Shown one piece after another: positions 60,759 to 64,000 of a stretch of DNA of 64,000 bases. The notes beneath the pieces were generated by a model. It searched no databases. It was not told the DNA's origin and saw nothing but the letters and a program-made list of their open reading frames with translations. Each line of letters starts with the position of its first letter. Position 1 is the stretch's first letter. The position numbers and the translations under genes were made by a program. Source of the stretch: Lophium mytilinum (Eukaryota); contig MU004191.1 of NCBI GenBank assembly GCA_010093605.1, forward strand, positions 103,397-167,396. The letters are read 5' to 3'.

Positions 60759-61441
60759 ATGGGTTATTCCTCTGTGCTACGCGTGCTCGTCGCGGTCTTT
60801 CTTTGGAGCTTCGTGGGTGCTGTGAGCTCGACGACTGGGACTGCGGCGAGCGCATCGGCTTCCGCAACGGTCTACCCAGAAGCCGGGACGTACAAATACG
60901 CTGGATGCTACAACGAGACAACTGGATATAAGGAAAATGGAGGTGCCAGGGCGTTGAGCGCTGGAGGCTGGACGATGGTGAGGCCCCATACTGCCCAACG
61001 TGGATATGTGAAGGGGTATTGGGAAACATTGCGCATCGCTAACATTCCCATCAATAGGAAGGTCAAGACGACATGACGCCTGATATGTGTCTATCTTTCT
61101 GTGACGGAATGAACTACGCCGGCCTAGAATACGGACGCGAATGCTGGTGCAGTTACTCTCTCTCGACGCTCTCGAAGAAGTTGGATGAGAAGAAATGTGA
61201 TATGCCTTGTGCTGGAGATGGAGCCAAGTTCTGTGGCGGATATTTGTCGTACGACAGAGCTTGAGTTGGACCCGCAAGAGAATGTACCGGTCGCTGACGA
61301 GATTTCAGGATAACGCTGTACAATCTTACCACAGAGACGGAGTCTACCACAAAGACTGGCGGCGTTGGGCAGATAACGTCGAGTACTGGGCTAGCTGCCA
61401 CTTTCGTATGTGCAGTGGGAGCAATAGTCCTTCTATTGTAG
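60759..61441 (+). CDS. WSC-domain secreted, probably GPI-anchored protein
   Basis: Signal peptide, YAGCYNET, MTPDMCLSFC..YAGLEYGRECWC and CDMPCAGD..CGG. Two introns and a hydrophobic C-terminus. Confidence 0.88.
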
Positions 61442-61779
61442 TTGTAAAGTAATGTCTTATTTGTGTCATGTTCTACATACATCGAACTTCCCTTTCTGGT
61501 CTTTCTCATATATCAATAATCTTGCAGCTCCTTCAGACTGTCCCCTGCAGATTCAAGCTACCGGACCATCGAGCCATCAGGATTCTCATGTCACACATCC
61601 TACTGGTGAAGTTCCGACGGGTTTGGAAGTCCTTGCTTGCTTTGGTGAGAAAAGTTACATTCTCGTTGAGTATGGAGTATTGCAAATTCATCGAACCACC
61701 CCTAAGAGTACCGTGCCTAGTGCCCAGCCATTCGTCCAGACAGCGTAAAAGTTCCAAAACTTAATGTCAAGTGCATGTA

Positions 61780-62560
61780 GTGGACTACACGATCCGAAGA
61801 CTCATCCGCTTCATCACGGTTGTTTCCACCACCGCTTCCCGGACTCCCGTTTATACTGCGCCTCGCTACTCCGAATCGTCTTACTCGCATTTGACGAGAA
61901 GAACTCGCATCTATGGTACGCCAAAGCATTGATAGAACCAACTCGCTTATATCCATCTTCGACCTTGATCGTCAAAATCACAAAAGCGAGTGAATCGCTG
62001 GTTGCCCAGATGATACAATAGTACACATCGCCTTCCTTGAACTCGGAAAGATCGACCGACTTCGCCCGGAATTAGAAGCCGTTAGTCAGGCGGAAAAGGC
62101 ACTGGAAATTGCCATCTTTGTCCCGCTTGGCATACGCCTTCGCTACTGGTGCGGATAGATGGATAGCATGGCTGAAGCAAGTATAGTCGTTGAGCTCCTC
62201 GTACCGGCGCTGGAAATCGTCCCATCCCAGCAGCTGGCCGTTCTTGAGCTCAAGGGAGACGGTCACTTTGGCGGGCGTATGTTTGCCGTGCACAGAGAAG
62301 GTCTCCATCAATAACTCGCCGTCCCATCCTACCCAGGACCAGCTAGGGAGACTGGGAATGCGATCCGTCACCTTACTGATTGGGTACTGCGTGAAGTGAG
62401 AACCCTTGATGAATTGCGAGCTGGGGTAAGTGGGAGTGGGCTCGTTACGACTTCGTCGGGCCATGCTGAAGGGATGGGTACGCCCCAGCAGTGCCGGATG
62501 TGTTGCGAAGAGACTTGTGGCTATTGCCATGGTCTAAAGGATGGGATCTCTCTGTGTGCT
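61780..62560 (-). pseudogene. Relic of the C-terminal part of a HET-domain-type protein
   Basis: HCWGVPI (different frame), LPSWSWVGW and YKRVG motifs. In-frame TAA at 62072-62074. No HET domain recognised upstream. Confidence 0.55.
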
Positions 62561-63613
62561 GCTTTTAGGTTTGTCAGATAAAGTTTCATTAACTTCCATG
62601 GTCGATTAAGTCTCTCTTGAAGTCATTCGCGAAGGTAACCCCGCATATGAGTACCGCATTGCTAGCTGAGAGGAAACTAAGGGGAATCTTGAAGAGGCTG
62701 TATTCATCGTTTTTAGAAAGAGAGAATGGGCAAGAGATTTGACTGCTAATACCATTGCTTGATTGCGCCCGCTTCTACGTAACCCTACTCAGGACCGCTG
62801 TCGCCCTCAATGGCCGACCAGCCCTAGTGACCCAGCTAGGTAGATGTTCTGGCAACATTGTTGACGAATTAGGTGAGTGTTATACCGTCAAAGCAGTGAT
62901 GGAATTGGAAGACTGTGGCTTCGTCAGTGATGCTGTTGTTGAAGAGGTTGGTGAGTGTGGAACGGGCGAAAGTAGTGCTGCTGTCGATACCAGTTTTAGT
63001 GCGCGGATTCAGCCTCAACCGTGGTCCAGCTCAGCTCTCTTCCTATGGATTGTAAGAACACGTCCTGATTTACTTTGTCCGTGTTTTAGCGAGAGGTCAT
63101 TTAATCGATGGTCATATTGCTGATCTGATGATCTCTTTCGTGAATACAGCCATAAGTGCTGCGTTGGACTCTTGCAGGATCTGGATATGCGAACTTCCAT
63201 CGCTATCCTCATCTTGGTCCCCTAACAGCTAACTTAGTACAAATACGATGAAAAGGCCACGATTCACCTCAACTCGTCACTCAGCACCACTTCCAGGAGT
63301 AGCCCCTCTAGGAGGTCGCAAGCGATTTAGAAGGTAATGGAACATTCACTTTGTCAGACTTTACTTCGTGTATCAGTCCCAAACGCCTATAAAGATACCT
63401 AGACAAATGCAAGGAGTATATAAAGCAGATGTCAATGTACTATTAGAGTGTCTTTGCCATTGGATATCGCTCACTATAATGTAGCATTCAAAGTATATCA
63501 TATCGAGAAGGTATGCAAGCATTATTTTTGTGAAGGACTGGTAACTATCTAGAGTCTTTCTTGAGTCAGACCTTACCCGATACCTATAGAGACATCACCA
63601 CATTCGCCTTCCA

Positions 63614-64000
63614 CTAGTCGGACCAAGAAAATGGTCGAGGTTTTCGAGTGTGGAAGAGGCGGAACTTCTTATGGCCAATGTACACTGAACCATCTCGATT
63701 GATCATCTCTTCGTTGTCCTTGATGGCGTACTCCAGTTCGTCCACGATGTTCTGGTGGCCGTAAGCTCCGAAACTATTTCTCCACACTCGCCGATATTTG
63801 GGGCTGCTCTGTGCATCGGTAATCTCTCTCCTAGCGCGTTCAGCCTCCTCCCGGTACTGTCCGCGATATTCAGTGAGATCCGCGAGCGATAGAGTCTTTA
63901 GCTTTGGCAAGTCTTGCAGCACCTTATAGACGTCTGGCCATTTGCCATGCCGACCGTAGGATTCCTCGGACATCATGTTGGAATCGTAACCGCCTTTCGT
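63614..64000 (-). CDS. C-terminal part of a hypothetical protein running off the window
   Basis: Open frame to the window edge with protein-like composition (LPKLKTLSLADL). Confidence 0.45.
   Translation of the reverse strand, partial: TKGGYDSNMMSEESYGRHGKWPDVYKVLQDLPKLKTLSLADLTEYRGQYREEAERARREITDAQSSPKYRRVWRNSFGAYGHQNIVDELEYAIKDNEEMINRDGSVYIGHKKFRLFHTRKPRPFSWSD

Overview
Intron-containing fungal genomic DNA (filamentous ascomycete; Dothideomycete-like by inference). The left half (~1-33 kb) is accessory/metabolic. It holds a P450 with a 245-bp TA-flanked MITE just past its stop, a PTH11/SAT4-type membrane gene, and a 3.8-kb RIP-destroyed PIF/Harbinger-type transposon. It also holds a repeat-rich secreted adhesin-like protein, a tight P450 + ERG26-like + ERG28-like trio (candidate alternative sterol/triterpenoid C-4 demethylation module), a degenerate PARP-like gene, two MDR oxidoreductases and an NCS1 permease. 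The centre (33-42 kb) is a housekeeping block: MCM4, TBCA, THOC7, Elongin A and NEDD8, with an unexplained ~69-bp-period degenerate array between the last two. The right half holds a Q/P-rich conserved protein, a TBC Rab-GAP, a WSC protein and two apparently decaying genes. Gene models were spliced by eye. Family calls come from motif recognition, not database searches.
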